Below are positions 40,440 through 54,600 of a DNA stretch of 64,000 nt, one piece after another (within the stretch, counting starts at the first letter, position 1; every line of letters starts with the position of its first letter). Under the pieces are notes generated by a model that made no database searches, had not been told where the DNA came from, and saw only the letters and a program-made list of their open reading frames with translations. Position numbers and translations under genes: made by a program. Origin of the DNA: Octopus vulgaris (taxonomy: Eukaryota); NCBI GenBank assembly GCA_951406725.2, contig OX597814.1, forward strand, positions 180,854,001 to 180,918,000, given 5' to 3'.

Positions 40440-41045
40440 GCTCTGTTACATATCAATTCTCCTCTGGAATGCAGGATCTGCAGACTCACCTCAATGAAAG
40501 CTCTCAGCCTTCTAACTCGTAAATAACTTGTTGCAACAATTTGTGGAGAAAAAGAGGCTCCAGAACACATTCAAGATAAGTCGCTTGAAATATATTACGC
40601 GCAACATATCCAAGGGGATTATGAGATACATACAAACAGGCAAATAAATAATAACAAGCCAGACATTGTCATCAAAGGCTTAAGATAAAAAAAACATGCC
40701 TGTTAATTGATATGACAGTGCCTACTGGTAGAAGAAACATTTCAGCAAAGGAATTTGAAAAACTGTTGAAATATAAGGACCTTGAGATTGGGATGTCTAG
40801 GATGTGGAAAATTAAAACCCAAAACCATCCCTGTTGTTGCAGATGTCCTGGGAATAATCAAGAAAGAAAGTGACAAATTTTTTTGATCAGATCCCTAGGA
40901 AACAACAATCTATGAGACTCAAAACAAATGTATTGACATCAACCGCCCACATTCTCAGGAAGTTTCTCTCTGTCTAGTATATACGTGCCTTAGAACTCTG
41001 GTTGAGACCCGGTCGGAAGATGAAATAAAATGCAAATAAATTGGG

Positions 41046-41083
<38 letters not shown>

Positions 41084-41085
41084 GT
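40440..41085 (+). mobile_element. R4/Dong-like LINE 3' fragment with (TAA)n tail
   Basis: Frameshifted CRIC, NNKPDIVI, CLLIDMTVP, KEFEKLLKYKDLEI.MSRMW and IPVV match a PD..D restriction-like endonuclease. Confidence 0.85.
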
Positions 41086-41739
41086 TTGACCATAACCAGT
41101 TGAGCATGTCCCTTAGTGACTGGCGATATGTGCATCTCTGATCACGAGCAGAAGTAGTGGGGGAGCATCATAGCCGTGTGTTGAGAGGGATTCTTTGGGG
41201 TTTGAATAATTCACCTCTGGCAACATGGATGTTTCGTTCAACATCCTTAAACAACCCTTATTCAGGGACCTTTCGAGTGGGATGGGTTACTCGACCTGAA
41301 GAAAATTCTAACTGGGCCCCACCTACAAGGTCATGTGCTATTTATCTTGATATGAGATCACCATGTAGCGCACATATGGTTGTGATGCATGTGCCTAGTG
41401 TACCCTTATCAGACGGGTAGTCATGATGGGTATGCTGGGCTTCGTATATTTTACCCCAGTGTCACTTTGATGGCATGCACTGCTCTCTCACTCAATAATA
41501 ATAATAAAATTTAATACCCTGATGCAGCACCAGGCAGTGGCTCTCGTGGCTTCTGATCTTAACTGATTGGAAGTGTTATCATGTACATTGTTTTGTCTTT
41601 GGGGTTTGAATAATTCACCCCTGGAAACATGGGTGTTTCGTTCAACATCCTTAAACAACCCTTATTCAGGGACCTTTTGAGCGGGATGGATTACTCGACC
41701 AGAAGAAAATTCTAACTGGGCCCCACCTACAAGGTCATG
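41086..41739. repeat. Non-coding repeat between (TAA)n tracts with a 140-bp internal re-duplication
   Basis: 41193-41335 is repeated at 41597-41739. Confidence 0.75.
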
Positions 41740-42390
41740 GAAAGAGTGTGGAAAATGTGACCCACTTGGTAAGTGGATGTAAGAGCCTTGCACAAAAAGA
41801 ATACAAGCGCTGCTACGATAAAGTGTATGTATATCTTCATTAGCTCTTATGCCGTAAATACCGATATGAAGTAGCAGAGAACTGGTATGAGCATGTTCCG
41901 AGTAAAGCTATGCAGGTTGATGGATAAGTAACGATACTCTGGGACTATGATTTTCAGACGGATCGTGTAATCGAACACCGTCGGCGGGATATTGTCATAT
42001 TGAATAAGAGAGAGAAATACTGTCAGATCATTGATGTAGCCATACCAAATGACATGAATGTTGTGAGTAAAGAGGTCGAAAAAATCACCAAGTACTCCGA
42101 ATTGAAAGTGGAAATGGCAAGACTGTACGGAATGTGAGAGGGTAATGTAAAAGTGATACCAGTGGTGATCGGAGCGTTGGGCTCAATCCCATTGAAACTT
42201 CAAGACTTCTTAAGGCAACTGGAAATCCCATGCAAGATTGATGTCTTGCAAAAAGCAGTCTTATTGGGCACAGTGTACATCTTAAGGAAAGTATTATTTG
42301 TTTGAGGTCCTTGTTGTGACTTGACAGATGACTAAAGACTCCGGTTCATTTTTACCTACACTGTGTTACGATTCTCTTACCTCGTAGCTA

Positions 42391-42421
<31 letters not shown>

Positions 42422-42450
42422 AAGAAGAAGAAGAAGAAGAAGAAGAAGAA
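41740..42450 (+). mobile_element. Second R4/Dong-like LINE 3' fragment with (AAG)n tail
   Basis: ENVTHLVSGCKSLAQKEYKR...WYEHVP...ILWDYDFQTDRVIEHRRRDIV...IIDVAIPND...KEVEKITKYSEL...VIPVVIGALG...ILRKVLFV*, with a few in-frame stops. Confidence 0.92.
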
Positions 42451-42473
42451 GAGGGGGAGGAGGAGGGGGGATA

Positions 42474-43230
42474 TTTTATTAGCCTCAAAGGCCCAGTATG
42501 CTAGGAGCGTTACTATGGCAAAATGCGGAAGAAATAAAAAGAAACAAGAACCAGCGATGTTACATTGAATAAAAGAATGGGATCAGTTGTCACGAAATAC
42601 AGCAGATAGATAACTAAATTATAATAACAATACAGAACAATGCAATTCAAGAAAGAATCGTCTACGTAAGGAACCACTAAGTTAATTCAAGAAACTTCAC
42701 ACACAACTCCTGATGATTCTGTCAAACCAAAACTTTGTCCCAGCTCTCGCTACCAGCCATCAACCACATAGAACGGGCCCATTTAAAGGCACTCTAATTA
42801 CGCTACTCTGCCTCACCTTTCAAAACAATTTACTGGAGAGCAGCGCCTCCTTCTCCACTCTAACTTTCCTCTTCAAGTGGCACTTTAAAAAGTTGCTCTC
42901 AAATCTCTCAACTGCATTCACCATACGACTTCCTTTATCATAGCCACAAAACGCGAAGACAAACAGTTGTTCCTTATCGAAGAATGACGACGGGTTGACA
43001 TTCACGATAGATTTGATTGATAGGCCCACTCAGTCCACCCGCACGTGATGATAGCTGTTTAACAAACCCACAAATCAGCAATGCGCTGACACTAGTATCT
43101 ACAAGTGAGAACGACGTCACCGTAGTAACGTCGGTCATAGAGTCCTCGGCCAACGTCGTGAGATGCTGAACGAACTGTGTCGAGCACGTACCGCGTAGTT
43201 TCGCCACCCTGCACGCATCCCAGACTATTC
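42474..43230 (-). mobile_element. Probable Tx1/L1-like LINE 3' fragment
   Basis: Decayed peptides such as NFLKCHLKRKVRVEKEALLS resemble Tx1-type C-termini, and AATAAA lies at the minus-strand end. Confidence 0.5.
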
Positions 43231-44224
43231 AGTTTGTTTAGTTCTATCACAACCATACATGCAAAGTTTATCTCGAACTAGAAGTGCTTCCTCGCAGAAA
43301 AAACAAAAGCCTTTGGAAGTTGTCTGTAGTCCCTTACAAGACATCACTGCAGAAGAGATTACCCAGAATGTCCAGAATCGATACCGAACCGTCATCGCTC
43401 GCTTATACCTTCCACTAACCTTCTAATGAATACAAAAGTTTATATTCTACCGCCTGCATAGTAAAGCGCAGTGAACGCCACATAACATCCCAGCCAAACA
43501 CCTAATGGCAATTGGCAGAACCAGTTGAGCGTCCTAAGTCCAGATCCTTCAAGGATTTGACTTTGCCTTTCACAATAAGTACCAGTCAGGTGTTTGGTGT
43601 CGCTTATGCTGACTAAATTCCCTTTCCCGGAAATATATATAACTTTGTGTAAGACGGAGAGCGGGCAGAATCGTTAGTACACCGGGCAAAATGCTTAATA
43701 GCATTCCTTCCGTCTTTTGTTTCGGAGTCGATGAAATAAGTACCAGTTGAGCACTGGGGGTGGTCTAATCGACTTATCTCCTCCCCCGGAATTCCTGGCC
43801 TTGGGCTAAAATTTGAAATCTTTATATATATATATATATATAAAGGGAAAGTTTACGAAAATAAACAAAAGATGAAGGCAGGTGGAGTACAAACAAACAA
43901 ATGTATTAGTATTGCCCTCAGGAATAGAAAAAGTTTTTTACGTTTCGGGCCTACGCTCTTCGACAGAAAGATACACAGAAAAAAAACAAGGAGAGAAAAA
44001 AATGCGTGTAGGAGCTAACGTTGACTTTCTACCTAAGATAGAAATCATTATTGAGGCGAAGATAACTGAACACCCTGTTCCATAGGATTTTCAGCTCGAA
44101 GACCTTGGCAATTTTCTAGTTTGGCAGTGTTTCCTGGTAGTGTGATGAACATTACCAGCTCGGGATGAACTCTGCAATCCATAAGGAACGCCCTGCCGGC
44201 TTCTTTTGGTCCTGAAGGCTATTT

Positions 44225-46092
44225 GGCGAGCTGGCAGACACGTTAGCGCGTCGGGTGAAATGCTTAGCGGTATTTAGTCTGTGGTTACGTTCTGAGTTCA
44301 AATTCCGCCGAGGCCGACTTTACCTTTCATCCTTTCGGGGTCGATAAATAAAGTACCAGTTTCGCACTGGGGTTGATGTAATCGACTTAATCCCTTTGTC
44401 TGTCCTTGTTTGTCCCCTCTATGTTTAGCCCCTTGTGGGCAATAAAGAAATATATTTTTCTTTGTCTGTCAGCTATGACAAAAAGAAAAAAAAGATAATA
44501 TGGTGGAAAATATTGGAAGAACTGAATATAGATACTTTCCTCTTCGATCAAGCTCTCGTCAACTTCTTTAAGTCCCACTTGATGAGGTAGGTGAATGTAG
44601 GGAAGAAGAGCCTGCCTTTCAATGAATCTGTAGAACCGTTACCTAGCGGTTCGGCAAAAGAAACCGATAGAATAAGTACTGGGCTTACAAAAGAATAAGT
44701 CCCGGGGTCGAGTTGCTCGATTAAAGGCGGTGCTCCAGCATGGCCGCAGTCAAATGACTGAAACAAGTAAAAGAGTAAAAGAGTAAAGACAAGACGATGA
44801 CCCTCAGAGCTGTGCGTTTGCACGCTCGCAAACACGTTTTACAGCGAGTACACAAGGTTCTCATAATGAAATTAATTATTTTTTTTAAGCTGGTTACTTC
44901 CATGCACATACTTTGCAAAGAAAGACAAAATTTGCACGCAAGCCAATTTCTGCACACACGAACAAAAAAAAAATGGGTGTCAGTCACGAGAATGGCTCGT
45001 GTGGTTGGGTTGAACAGTAAGACGGAGAATGCAGCAAGGAAAGGGAATTTGTCCTTACTAATCGGGATAATCCTAAATCTCTGGACATCCATGATTGACC
45101 CCCTTGTATTTGTCATTCTATTGCGATGTCATATTTCATTCCTTTTGTATACACCACCATCACCATCCCACCACCTATTTCTTTACTACCCACAGGGGGC
45201 TAAACACAGAGAGGACAAACAAAGACAGACAAACGGATTAAGTCGATTATATCGACCCCAGTGCGTAACTGGTACTTATTCAATCGACCCCGAAAGGATG
45301 AAAGGCAAAGTCGACCTCGGCAGAATTTGAACTCAGAACGTAGCGGCAGACGAAATACGGCTCAGCATTTCGCCCGGCGTGCTAACGTTTCTGCCATCCC
45401 ACCACCAATACACGATTCTGCAGAAACCCCTAAATTTTCAAGTAATTTTCCTTGTGATGTCCCTCTGTCCATCAATCTTATGACATCAGTACTAATAGGA
45501 AGTGGGAAATGCTTTTCTGTAGCGAATTTGTCAAAAGGCGGGTGAATGACTGAGGCAAAAAAAAAAAAAAAGACTATGATGAATGGAACTACAGAACGTA
45601 CGCCTGTTGATTAAAGAACAATTGGGCGAGGGCTTGTGTCCTTCCTTTGTAGTCAGAGTTATCTGAATTCTTAGGGCTCCTTGGTTGACTCAAGATAGAG
45701 ACTTTCTTGTATCGAGAGGACTGCATCATCCCTGTTTACATATTTTGCATACTGTGTATACTTTTAATTCATTTCCCTCTCTTCTCTTGTTTTTTTTCTC
45801 CTCATCATTTTTTATATAAGTCCACTCACAGATTGTAAACTGTCTTTGTAAATAAAAGCCAAATAAAAGAAATCCACCTCCTCCTCCTCCTCCTCATTAT
45901 CATCATCGGTATTTCGTCTGTCGTTACATTCTGAGTTCAAATTCTGCTGAGGTCGACTTTGCCTTTCATCCTTTCGGGGTCGATACATTAAGTACCAGTT
46001 TCGCACTGGGGTCGATGTAATCGACTTAATCCCTTTGTCTGTCCTTGTTTGTCCCCTCTGTGTTTTAGCCCCTTGTTGGTAGTAAAGAAATA

Positions 46093-46093
<1 letters not shown>
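44225..46093. mobile_element. Further copies of the dominant SINE (44225-44452 +, 45176-45395 -, 45907-46093 +)
   Basis: High similarity to 24917-25147, with CpGs largely retained. Confidence 0.88.
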
Positions 46094-46140
<47 letters not shown>

Positions 46141-47149
46141 AACATAGCGAACTTTGGAAAAATTGAAGTAAATAAACTCCTGTGAGTCGAACCCGCAATA
46201 TAAATTTCCGCTTCTGTTTGAAACTCATTTACTTCAGAGGTACGTTACAAAATGTCCTCAGGAAAAGTATGAATCGCACAACATCCCATTTCCTCTTCTG
46301 CTTTATAAACCAGAGACTTTGTCTGCCGGTATATATACGAAAAATCAATATGTAGCAGCAACAATAGTATAGCCGACGGAGAGAGCAGTTTGGTTTAACT
46401 CGTTTATATTACTCACTGATCGACTACTCGTCGAGACAACGACGGCGACGACGACGTGGAGGGCGATGACAACGATGACGATCATGATGATGTGCAACCT
46501 CAGATCAAAATTGATCAGGCAAGCAAGCCTAGGATCAAAAAGCATTGCAGTCATCACCATCCTATCTTTTGTAGGAGTATTTAGGACTGCATTTATAAGA
46601 CGGTAGGGCGTGATTTAAGGGAGATTTTTGGCTGCTATTTCTAACAGGTTGAGCGACCACGTAGAGCGTCCCTTGTTAGTATCGTCATTCGTCGCCCTCA
46701 TAGTTACTCCTCACAACGTCGATATATTCAACATCCTCATCCTGTTTCTATTGTGGCTACTACTTATACAACTCCTGTTGATCTTGTTGCTGTTTATTAC
46801 TGTCATGCTTACTGCTACTATTGCTGCTGATTTAATCGTATTGCCTTTCCTTCTATTCTTTCATTCACTCTCTCTCTATATATATATATATTTCTCTTCA
46901 TAACTGCTACTGTTGCAGTTGATTCTGTGTGGCTACAGTCACTACTGCTTTCAGCTGCTTATTGCTCTTGTTGATGTTTACGACTGTTACGCTTGTTGTT
47001 GCTGCTGCTACTACTGCTGCTGCTGCTGATTTGATCGCGTTGCTTTCGCTTCTCTCTTTTTCTCTCTCTCTCTCTCTCTCTTGCTATCTCCCACTTCCCT
47101 TCCCCCTCACTCTCACAACAGTTGATCTCAATGCTACCGTCACTGCTGC

Positions 47150-47310
47150 TGCTGCTGCTGTTGCTGCCGCGCGTTTGCAAATGAGATGTTGTTAACGCCA
47201 TCTTGAATTTTTTGAAAGGTCTTCGATTGTTGTTTCTGTTTCTCTTTACCCCCGGTGACTGGCCTAACACTTTACGGCAGTCCACCACAACCACCCCAGC
47301 AAGACTTCGC
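47150..47310 (+). promoter_or_regulatory. Putative calcineurin A promoter/TSS region
   Basis: Locally CpG-rich (gccgcgcg) with a YY1-type CGCCATCTTG at 47196-47205. No recognisable transposon lies between here and the ATG. Confidence 0.45.
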
Positions 47311-48318
47311 AGCTAAATTTTTTTTAGAGTGCTAAGGACATCCATGTTATAAATAAATAAATATCCATATATATATATACGTATATCCACACCGATATTC
47401 CAAACCCGAGTAATTCGCAGTTATATATATATATCATCGTCTCACACACCTTTTTAGTTATACGAATAAAAAGAAAAAAAAAAGGCCTGCTTTTATTAAT
47501 AACATTGTGACAGTGTCATTTACAACATATATGTGTCTGTCGTCATATCCAGTTGTTTGGGGGAGGATTATTTTTAGAAAAATAATATAATAAGCTGATA
47601 TTATTCCTCTCTAGTAGTTTCACAATTTAACGGCCAGCCAGTCGATGGAAAAAAAAATGAATATGTATATATATATGTGTGTATATATATCCTCTGATCT
47701 CTTACATTGTAGTCGTAACAGCGGTATTATTGAGTGAAGACTTCATTATTACTACTACTACTACTACTGCTATTACTATTACTAGAGCTTTAACGACTAC
47801 CACCACTACTGCTGCTGCTACTACTACTACTATTGCTACAACCACCACTGCTGCTGCTGCTGTTTCTGCTACTGCTGCCTGTTATTACAGTTCAGAATAC
47901 CATCACTAAGAGGAACCAAGGACTGTCGGAAGGCTTACTGTAAAACAAACTACCTTTGCAATTTACCGACGGCTGACAAACGACGTCGCCGGGAAGGAGT
48001 TAACATTTTTTTTTCTATTTTTTTTAAAAAAAAAAAAAAAAAAACAACAACAACAACCCAAACCCTTGCAAGAAGAAGAAAAAAAAAGAGAAAACGTAAA
48101 AAAAAAAAAAAATAATAATATATATATATATATATAAATATATTTATTTCAAACAACAACACAATAATACATTCATAACAACACACCGAAATATATATAT
48201 ATATACGTATTATATATATATATATATATATATCAAACCGAATATATATAATTAATATATATATATATATATATATATATACGTATATATATATATTTTT
48301 TAAAATAACCCGAGAACG

Positions 48319-48367
48319 ATGACCACAACAGACTGTAAGATGTCTACTACGGACAGGGTCATCAAAA
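48319..48367 (+). CDS. PPP3CA: Calcineurin A (PP2B catalytic subunit), first coding exon
   Basis: MTTTDCKMSTTDRVIK plus one base A, then GTAAGT. This matches the calcineurin A N-terminal K(L/M)STTDRVVK, and the phase-1 donor is at the position I recall for vertebrate PPP3CA exon 1. Both ATGs have A at -3. I found no exon 2 (expected SVPFPPSH..) in the window. Confidence 0.85.
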
Positions 48368-48630
48368 GTAAGTGTATAAACCCATTAAAGCAAATTATAT
48401 ACATATATATATAATATATATATATATGTGTATATATATATATACATATATATATGTATATATATGTGTTTTCTATTGTGTTCCTGTTTGAATTTTGAAG
48501 GATAACATGTAAAAAAAAAAAAATGAAAAATCACATCGAAAATTATAATTCTTAACTGGGATTTCTATTCATTTTTTTCATTTGTGTGTGTGTATGTGTC
48601 TGTCTACCTGTTGTTCCATGTTCGTATATA

Positions 48631-48688
<58 letters not shown>

Positions 48689-51600
48689 CATATAACTAAC
48701 ATACTGCGTTGCTGATGATGATGATGATATCTTCTTCATATGGGAGATTTTAGAATAGATGAAGATGTATAGGTATATATATATATATATATATGTATAT
48801 ATGTTATGTTCAAAAACAGTTGAGTATTAAATTGAAGGATCATTCGATATTTTTTTACTGGAGTACCATATTTAATTTCCACAACGAAAATTTTTGGCTG
48901 TGACTTCGAAATTTCGTCTTACTGAGTTTGATGATGGTTAGTAAGTAAGTAAACCGAAACTTCGAAGTCTCACTCAGTCAATCATTTTCTTATAAAAATT
49001 AATGTTTATATATATATACATATATATCATAAACATACATATATATACACCATCGTAATTTTATTTGATTTTATTTTCATTTTTTTTTTTGGTACAATGG
49101 CCTCTGTAATTAAAGAACTAAAATTTACCATTCCTTTCCTGTATATAACCATTCTTTAGTGGGTTATATGTGTATATATATTTACATACACCCCCAGAAA
49201 ATGTATACTTTGTGGGTATATATATATGCTACATTGATGGGAAAGGACTTTCGCTTTCTACAATATACACTCCTCCGATTAGATTCGATGTCGAGCTTTG
49301 TTTCGTTTCATTTCATTTCATTATATTTTTTACTTTTCTTTTTATATCGGTATAAAGTGGAATATCAATATATCGATCTTCAGCATTGTCTATATTGATG
49401 ACAATCAAATATTGTGTGTGTATGTGTCTATATATTTGTGTCGATGTGAAAGGTAGTGTAATGAATATTCGACATCAAGATGTTCCTTCGTTTTCTATTA
49501 AAATATATACAGCAGGTATATAGTATATAAAAAAAAGAATAACACACCAAGTAGGTGTGTTATTACTATATAACCAAGTAGGTGTGTTATTACTATATAA
49601 CCCTAGGTCAACCATGATTGAGCAGACATATAATCAAAAGCATTTTAACCATGGCCATCCTACTTTTATTTTATTTTATTTTATTAATTTTTATGTTTAG
49701 TGTATTCCAGTCGACATTATCCAAAGTGGCCTTATTTTTTTAAGATCTTAGGGTTTGATTTAAAGGAGATTTGTCTACTATTTCTAGCAATTTGAGCGAC
49801 AACACAGAAGCACTCTCGTTTATATTATGTAGGTGTTTAAGTTTCTCCGCTGTCCAAAATGCATATCATTTTATTATTTTTTTGTAATTTTTGTTGGAAA
49901 TCTCCCTAATTGGTCATTTGGTTCATTTCCTAATTATGATCTTGCGTCTTCCTTTTTCTGTATATATGTGTATCAACACATTCAAACACATACGTATTTG
50001 GACACACGACTCGCTAGTTCTTTAATTTATTTATTGAATTTATTGCCTCTGTCTCCTTCGCAGACGATTATAATATATACTCACGTAGTAGTCTGCTACC
50101 ATAACACCTACGTGCATGTGTGTGTGTATACACACGTAACTGCTGGCAGAATTGTTTACAAGTACCGTTTGTGTGTGTATATATAGATATATATATATAT
50201 ATTATATAGAGAGAGAGAGACATACATACACACATATATATGTATATAGCGAAGTGCAAATCTGAAGTTTCATTACTTTCATTCTCATATATAGACATGA
50301 CTTGAAAATGACATAATTGTATCAAACTGGTGTTGAAGCTGATAACAATTTTAATATTGTCTTCAACAATAGAACTTCTCAGATTTTACCGCATTAACAA
50401 AATTTTTTGTCGTTTTTTTTTTTTTGTTTTGTTTTCTTCGTTATGTGTTTTCACTATTTATTTGTTTTTTTATTCTGGCATCTAAAAAAGCAAGTAGTGC
50501 TTTTTCGTTACTTTCAACCTTTCCGCCATCTTTTTAACACATCCTTCTCTCTCTTTCTCTCTCTCTCTCTCTCTTCTCTTTTCTCTCATGGTTTTTTCAA
50601 TTAATTTATTTCTGCAAAAGGTTTTTCTCCTATTGTATTTTTTAACGTTAATTCCGCAATAATTTATTTAATAAAACAGAGAGACGGAATGAAATTTTAA
50701 AAAAAAACAAAAAAAAAACGTAAAATAGTAATATGTTTTGCCGTGTATTTAAAAACCTTTCCGTCAGATTTCCAATCATACCAGCAGAGAGAGAGAACCC
50801 CATCCATTCACATCTGTTGGTTTTATGTAATTTCATCCATTCCATGGCATAACGTTAATATAAAGTATTCTGGATTTAAATATTTCTATCCTATTAAACC
50901 TTTTTTTTTCTATTTAAACTGTTTGACGTATAATAAGCAATACGAAATATAACCGGAGGAATTTAGTTTCCCCATTGGGTTACATTTAGTAATTTAATCC
51001 CCTTATGCTCATTAAATACCATCGGGATTGTAAGACAGGAAAAAAAATGATGGTATTCTTTTGCGTTTTCTGTTAGATATTATTAGTTTAAAGCCACTGA
51101 TACAACATAAAAATCTTTTCTATCAACTTCGCTATTTCTAAAATGCCGGGTTGTAATCAAATATCTTGTCAAAATACCAGTGTGTGGGTGTAGATTTCTC
51201 TGTGTGTAGGTGAGAATATTAAATACTGTTAATTTTATATGCATTGATTAGCTAACTGTGGCCAGTGTATAAAAGAACTATAAGTACGATATTTTTCTCA
51301 TCATTTTTCATGTCTTTTATTCTGTCTCTCTCTCCTTCTTTCTCTCTATTTTTCGTTATACATAAAAATCGTTTTTGAATATGTGGGGTTATTATTGTTA
51401 GTCAAGATCAACTGCAGTGTGTAGGTATTGATGCTATGGGATTATATCCTGGATTAATTACTATTAGATGCTTCACATAAAATTTCATCCCTCCTCCATT
51501 CGATGGTGGATGAATAACTCCATTTGCGTATGTCTAGAATATAATAAAAAATAATAGCCAAGTCGTTGAATACTGGTGTATTATTTTCACATTTAAGCTT

Positions 51601-54600
51601 ATATATAAGACAGGTAGTGTTCATCACTTTCTAGCCTGCCAATATCTGTTGGGGTATTTACCTGAATTTGACAACTGGTTTGTGCTTACCCATGTATGCC
51701 AAGATTGTGTGTTGTTTGACAATTTAGTAAAGATCCTTCGGCAATTAAGTGCTGCATTTTCTTGGTCGTTGGTGAGGAGGGAGGGTTGGTTTGTGTCATT
51801 TACTTTTAATGTTTGAAATATAATCCATCATACTGATATCAGAGAATTTTTCTTTCGAAATCAGATACTTCCCGTCATAATTTTAGGAAATATTCCAATG
51901 CTATTCCCAGCGTCTTCATTTATTAAAGACTAAGTAATATACATTCCTCTTGATTTCTGTCTCAGGCATTTCGATTGTTTTACTGAAAGTATTACATGAT
52001 TTTTATTTGTTGTTATTTATGAATGATTACTAATATAATTATTTCTTCTTTTATAACTCAAAAAGTTCCATACGTAATTAAGAAATTAGTATTATTTCTG
52101 TACAAATAATTTGACTGCTAACTTCATTTGTGTGATGATAAAGCTTTTGGGGGAAAGCAACAGATATTGTTTCTCTTCAGCAAAACAGCTTTGTACCTAG
52201 ATGAGAAATATAATTAAATTGAAAGAAAAGGTTATTGTTGATTGATTATTAAGGGCATTAAAGTAGATAAGATAGTGAACGGTTAAAGTAAACTGTCTCC
52301 ACATTCCGCGTTAAATTCCTGTTGAGGCAGACTTTGTCCTTCATCTTTGGATCTGTTCAGTGTGTACAGGTATAATTCAATTAATTTTACCCCTTCCATT
52401 CCAAGTTTACGGTCTTGTAACTATGAAAGAAAAGTAATTTAGGCCAATACACTGCCAAACTCTTGGAAAAACAAACATCATAACATTGTATGTCTCTTCT
52501 GAATATCTCCTAAGAAACGAAGTTTATTCCACGATTAAAAGGTGAAATTCATGAGTAGCATAGTCTACACCTCACCTTCCATTTCATAAGGATTCTATTT
52601 GAAATTTGTTTTATGTTCAAATCCTCCTAAGATGAGTTTTGCCTTTTATCCCTCTGGAGTTGATTAAAAACAAGAAAGGACTAGTCAAAAAATGGAGTCA
52701 CTTTAATCAACCGGTCCCTTCCTCTTGAAATTGCTGGCCTTGTGCCTGAATTAGAAATTATTTTTATTACTTGCCACTTCCTTTGAAATAAAATGCCCCT
52801 ACTCTTTTTTTCAAATTTAGTCTGTGCATAATGAGGAGAAATTAACAATTCCAAACAAGTATTTTATAATTATTTGTCCACACCTACTTAAATCTTTTGA
52901 TATTTCATGACTGAATGATTTTGTGTGATTGTTTTATGTTTACATGCATTAAATAATGGGATTATTTTGAAGTAGGCATTTTGGGGTTGGTGGTGAAGAA
53001 TATTAATTACATTTGTCTATTTGCTACAATGTTGGGGACAGAAATTACAACTATTCTTGCTTAAATATTTCTTTTTCCAAACATCTCGTCCTTCTTTGGG
53101 ACAGGATTATATGATAGGGAGAGAATGGAACAAGACTCATACTTTTTTTTGCAGATTTCCTCCCCAGGAAATTTCAGAGGGCTCTCAAAGGGAATTCGAA
53201 GGAATTACTTGATGCAAGACCTGGAAGGTGAAATGCATTAAATGACAGAGGGAAGATAGATGGGTGCAGATAATATGCAGCTAGTTAGTTTAGATGAGTA
53301 GAGGCCATTGTAGCAGCAATAGAAGAGGCTACAATTATAATTTTTATTTTCACTTATGCATTTGGTGAGTGAATAAATTTATCAAGTAATATCATACCAA
53401 TTGAGTGAATGAATATTTGAAGAACCTATTGAAATATGTGTACATATGTTTGTATGTATGTATATAATATGCCCTTCCCACATGTTATTCTTTTCCCCAA
53501 ACCTGTTATTTCAGTAAAAAATAAACTAAAATAAAAATCACAGTAGATGTAAGAAATCTGTTTATCTAAATGTTTGCATTCCACTGCAAAATAGTGTTGC
53601 TTACTGACCAACTTGCATTATCTTTTGTGATATATATATATATATGTATGTTTGTGTGTGTGATTATATATATTTGTGTGTATATATATGTGTGTGTGTG
53701 TGTTGATCAACTACCATCAGTAATCATTCTCACAATTTTCACCCAATCATTTTCTAGTTTTATTATTCCTGTTATTATTAAAAGGTGGTGGATGGCAGAA
53801 TTAGTTGATGGTTTGCTTTACTTTTACTGTACTTTTACTGTAATCTACCTGTGTGTATGTATGTGTGAGTCAAGTCAATTTTGTACCTTGGCATAACATT
53901 TTTAATACTGTAGCTGCTTTTAAATTCTAAAAATGTTTAGACTGCTAATTCAACAAGAGCATCAGTTACAAGCCTCATTAGCTTTCTAATTTGTATGTAT
54001 TGTGTGTGGTTTTTAGGTATATTTCAAAATAGAGCTTGAAAAATGCTGTGTTTGCAGAACTCTTTCAAACATAACATAATGTGGAGAAAACAGACATTAA
54101 CTAAGTAGTAATATTATATGAAATTACTTCAGGATTACAAAAACAGAAAATACCTGATTTAGACAAGAAATTTTGACAGATTTGAGTTTTGTAAATTTTT
54201 CAAGAGATGAAATGTTGGTAAATTATCCCTCATTTAATTAATCATCCACCTAGCACCATTATAGCTCAAAATATAAATTTTTTTAATGAGGTGATGATGT
54301 ATTCTTAGTATATGTTCAATTGTGCTGTTATTGATGGAAGTGGATGGCAGAATCAGTAGGACACTAGACAAAAAGTCTTGCAGTATTTAGTTACATTCTG
54401 AAATAAAGTCCTATCAAACTCAACTGTCTTGCATCTTTCTAAGCTTAATAAAATTAAAATAAGTATTGTCAAGTAGTGATATACTATTTAATCAAAATTT
54501 AAAGCCCAGTGTCAATGTTAGAAATCAATGATTGAAGGTTGTGGAGTGTCAAGCAAAATGACTTAGAGTGTTCCTTTACATTCTGAGTTCAAATCCTGCT

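Noticed and set aside
49546-49602. 27-bp tandem duplication (similar ones at about 11603-11660 and 62606-62658)
   Set aside because: Ordinary slippage duplications with no further signal.
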